From positions 14,916-78,915 of the forward strand of contig CANQPE010000003.1 in the NCBI GenBank assembly GCA_947625645.1: a stretch of 64,000 nt of DNA, written 5' to 3'. This document shows positions 60,914 to 64,000 of the stretch, in pieces. Under the pieces are notes generated by a model that worked only from the letters and a program-made list of their open reading frames with translations, was not told the DNA's origin and ran no database searches. The DNA is from an uncultured Clostridia bacterium (lineage in GTDB: Bacteria > Bacillota > Clostridia > TANB77 > CAG-508). Positions within the stretch are counted from its first letter, which is position 1. Each line of letters starts with the position of its first letter. A program made the position numbers and the translations under genes.

Positions 60914-62120
60914 TTAATCTACAATAAAAGCCTCCTGTTCCAATTTAGACTCCTGTTTCAACATTTCCTCAATCAGCTCATGAAATATTTCATATTTTTT
61001 ATCCTGTTGTAATAAGCTTAATTTCTTCTTGTACTCTTGTGTCATTGCTTTCCAATAAAACTGTTTTTCCATAAAAGCCTCTTGATTCATCAAATATGGT
61101 TGTAATTCTGGAATGATTTCTCTTAACCTTGCAAATATTTTAAACCCCCAAATATCTATATCACTCCAATGATAAAATGCAGCCCTTCTCCCCGCCTCAT
61201 AAATTTTCTGAAAAAACGCTCCTTTCACAGGGCTATACATCCCACCATGATAAACAACCAATTCATCCTCTCCTTGCTTATTTTGGATATAATCGATATA
61301 ATTAGCTTTATTTTCTATAAAAAGCACTTTATTGGCATGCTTAATTTTTAACCTTTCCATTTTTTTAACAGTATTGCTATTGATATAACTCCCCAAAGTC
61401 TCTCGATGATACACCATTTTTTTCCCATCTATGACAAACTGCAAATCCCCACAAAACTCAAGTACCTCTGGATATTTTGAAATTCCTACTTCCAATAAAA
61501 TATCATTGTCCGTATACTCTTCCAAATTATCTGAATCCAACAAGTATCTTTTAATCATGCGAACAATATAATGCTCAATATTTTTTTCAAAATATTTGGA
61601 ATCCCCAAAACACTTAAGGCTAAGTACCCTCTTCAAATTTTCTTGCTTCTTGTCAATTACATGTAACACCTTTTGGATGTCTTTCGCAAATTCATAAGGA
61701 AACAGTGCGCTTGCTCTATTTTTGGTTTGAATATATACTATCATATCCTTTCTATACTGCTCCAACCAACTCTGCTGAAACGTCTCGCTTTCTAGTATCT
61801 TCAACAATTCGGCATTTTTCTCTTTCACACCTTGCCTTCCCGTCTTTATGTAGGCTTCTTGTACACGTTCTTTATTGAGCCAAATTTCTTGTAACAAATT
61901 TCCGCTCCTCATGTTTTTTCCAAGCATACAAAACTAAGCCCTCTTTTTCCAAGTCAAAAATTACATCATGAAACAGCGTCTTTGCCTCAAAATCTTCAAT
62001 ATCGTACTCTTCCATTGCCTCTACCTTTAGCAAAATTCGTCTATTGCACTTTTCTACCAGTGATTTACTTGCTTCGTACTTATCTAATAAGGCATTCAAA
62101 ATCATGTTTTCATCCACCAT
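60914..62120 (-). pseudogene. jetD: Interrupted CDS (conventionally frameshifted): Wadjet JetD (DUF3322 N-domain plus DUF2220/Toprim-like C-domain). It needs a +1 shift at the in-frame CGG at 61902-61904.
   Basis: ORF 61872-62120 (82 aa) and ORF 60914-61927 (337 aa: VLFIENKANY, VVYHGGMYS, HWSDIDIWGF) are collinear. Skipping the C gives ...AWKKHEE-G-NLLQEIWLNKERV. Confidence 0.75.
61902..61904 (-). other. In-frame CGG at an ORF break (candidate +1 recoding site)
   Basis: The minus strand reads cat gag gag CGG aaa. The +1 frame is GGA AAT TTG. The SD-like GAGGAG lies immediately 5'. Confidence 0.8.
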
Positions 62121-62138
62121 TATTTATCACATTCCTTC

Positions 62139-64000
62139 TTACCATTCCATCTTATTGGTATACTTTCTCACCACAATCTCATGTTCTTCCGGATTTAACA
62201 CCAATAATGTAGAATCGACTAAACTTTGAATATCTTGCAATTTATCAGGAGGCGCTGCAAAAATCGCTTGGAACCCTGTCTTCTTTAATAATTTGATACT
62301 TTCTTCTATTCTCTCACTATCCATTTTACTAAAAGCCTCATCAAAGACAATTAATCGAATGGTATTCTCATTATTTTGAATACGGTACACCTGTGCAAAA
62401 GAAGCAAGAATTGAAATATAGAAAGGCGTTTGCGTCTCTCCGCCAGACTTCTTTAACAAAGTCTTTGACAACCTCTGTTCATTCCCTGCTTGATTTTTCA
62501 CAACCAAATCAAAGTTTAAATACGTTCTATAATCTGTATATTCTTTAATATTTTTCTCATACTCCTCATCCGAAATTAAACTAGAATTACAATCTGTTGT
62601 TGTCACCTTATCAAACAATTCTTTCATTTCCTGAGAATATTTTTGTTGAAATTGCTCTTGCGCAATCCCCCAGTCTCCCAATAACAAATTATCAGTTATC
62701 ATATCATAAAATCTTTTATGCTCTTGCTTTGGTGACACTTTAAAACTATAACTATCTGTTCCAAATCGATGTGCCCCCAGAGCCATATTTAGCTCTTTAA
62801 TTTGCGCTTTTACCTCTTCAATATTTGACTTTAATTTATCCAAAAATTGAATTCTAAACTGTTCATAAGCTTTTTCTCTTGAATCTTCTATTTTTTCCAA
62901 ATAATCCGGCAATTGAATTTCTTGTAGCTGCTTTAACTCATCTGTAAATTCTTGATTACTTCCATCATGAATGTTATATGACAACTGATACTTTGTATTG
63001 TAACAACTCCTTTTATCTTCCAGCTTCATTTTCGCCTCGTCTTTTTTAGCACTTCTTGCCTTCATGCTGCGCATAACACTTTCAAAAATTTTATTTGCTG
63101 TCTTTTTTAACGCCTCTTTTCCATATTTTGGTTCTCCCACCTGTTCTTGCCACTCTGCAGAATAATTCTCTTCTATTTCTTGACACGTTATTCTTAATTT
63201 TTCTTGTAACTCTGGAATTTTCTCTGTTAGATTTGTTTCAATATCCTTCTTAAGTCTCGTTATCTCTTCTGTATTTTGCATCATTTGATCATTTTTCTCA
63301 TCTCTTAAATGTGTTTTTTCAGCAATTTGATTTGTCATCTGATTTAGCCAAAACATATCTATACTGTCTAATTCTTTTTGCAATGCTTCTTTTTCTTGAC
63401 GATACTGCTTCTTTTTCTGTGATATTTCTACATCATTTTTCACATTTGCCATATCGTTCTCGCTAAAATTCGTCATCTCTTTTATATGTTCCATCACTTG
63501 TAAAACAGTATCTTCTGTCTGCATTTTTTCTTCTAATTGGTTTAATTCCTTTTCTTTTATTTCTTTTTGCCTTGCTAATGCGCCTTTTCCAATACTAGGA
63601 TATCGAAATGTTTTGGGATTTATTTTTCTTAACACATATCCTTGGTAAAGCATACAATCTGCCGTAATTGCTGTTTTATAATTTCTTAGTTCTTGCACAG
63701 TTTCACATTTGATAACATTTCCAATTAAATAGTCAATATATGTCCTTGCCAATGCATTTTCCGTCACAACTTCCGTTGCCAAGCTATTTTCTTGTACTTT
63801 CACTCTTTCTTTTTGTATTTTGCCAATATCCACGATTCCAAAAGAATGTATTTGACTTTGCCTTGCTAATTCTTGATATATCTGTGATGCCTCTTCAAAA
63901 AATTCTGGTTCTATGACAAGATATTTTTTCTGTGTATTTAAATACCCTTCAATTGCATTTTGCCATTTTATATTTTTAATTTCCAATACATCTTCTAAAA
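62139..64000 (-). CDS. jetC: Wadjet JetC (MksB-like SMC-family ATPase), C-terminal part; the ORF stays open to the window edge
   Basis: Long coiled-coil region, then the signature SGGETQTPFYISILASF and Walker B RLIVFDEAFSKMD. The frame remains open upstream of 63986. Confidence 0.8.
   Translation of the reverse strand, partial: LEDVLEIKNIKWQNAIEGYLNTQKKYLVIEPEFFEEASQIYQELARQSQIHSFGIVDIGKIQKERVKVQENSLATEVVTENALARTYIDYLIGNVIKCETVQELRNYKTAITADCMLYQGYVLRKINPKTFRYPSIGKGALARQKEIKEKELNQLEEKMQTEDTVLQVMEHIKEMTNFSENDMANVKNDVEISQKKKQYRQEKEALQKELDSIDMFWLNQMTNQIAEKTHLRDEKNDQMMQNTEEITRLKKDIETNLTEKIPELQEKLRITCQEIEENYSAEWQEQVGEPKYGKEALKKTANKIFESVMRSMKARSAKKDEAKMKLEDKRSCYNTKYQLSYNIHDGSNQEFTDELKQLQEIQLPDYLEKIEDSREKAYEQFRIQFLDKLKSNIEEVKAQIKELNMALGAHRFGTDSYSFKVSPKQEHKRFYDMITDNLLLGDWGIAQEQFQQKYSQEMKELFDKVTTTDCNSSLISDEEYEKNIKEYTDYRTYLNFDLVVKNQAGNEQRLSKTLLKKSGGETQTPFYISILASFAQVYRIQNNENTIRLIVFDEAFSKMDSERIEESIKLLKKTGFQAIFAAPPDKLQDIQSLVDSTLLVLNPEEHEIVVRKYTNKMEW

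Overview
AT-rich chromosomal segment from an endospore-forming Firmicute (Clostridia-like), mostly minus-strand housekeeping genes. In order: a SipW/TasA-like secretion cluster, tsaE and a tsaB-rimI fusion, dxs, a 30-aa-repeat protein, spoIIP, tgt-queA, pnp-rpsO, fmt-def-priA, a CDF transporter, CotF-like genes, ftsH, alr, a FemAB-like gene, tmRNA, an M14 peptidase, maf, ADH/SDR genes, UPF0182, ftsY, mgtA, valS, pfk, an rluA-family gene, trmB, RNase P RNA, dtd, gpsA-plsY-der, a complete spoIIIAA-AH operon, yebC, and the 3' part of a Wadjet (jetC-jetD) defence locus at the right edge. No transposase, integrase, CRISPR array or prophage was seen. Three things stand out. (1) All six reading-frame interruptions (mgtA x2, M14 peptidase x2, the repeat protein, jetD) are +1 shifts at an in-frame CGG codon on the coding strand, and the +1 frame resumes with a Gly codon (C|GGN). 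In a manual scan I found no in-frame CGG in any intact ORF, although out-of-frame CGG is common. The interrupted genes keep their catalytic motifs. This is either recoding at an unassigned or hungry CGG, or a very specific artefact. (2) A family of 63-79 bp perfect palindromic elements (8 full and 3 partial copies) sits within a few nt of stop codons, including two inside the spoIIIA operon, and the two arms co-vary between copies. (3) One gene encodes about 20 tandem 30-aa repeats with variation confined to fixed positions. All calls rest on reading the sequence and the ORF track; no database search was run.
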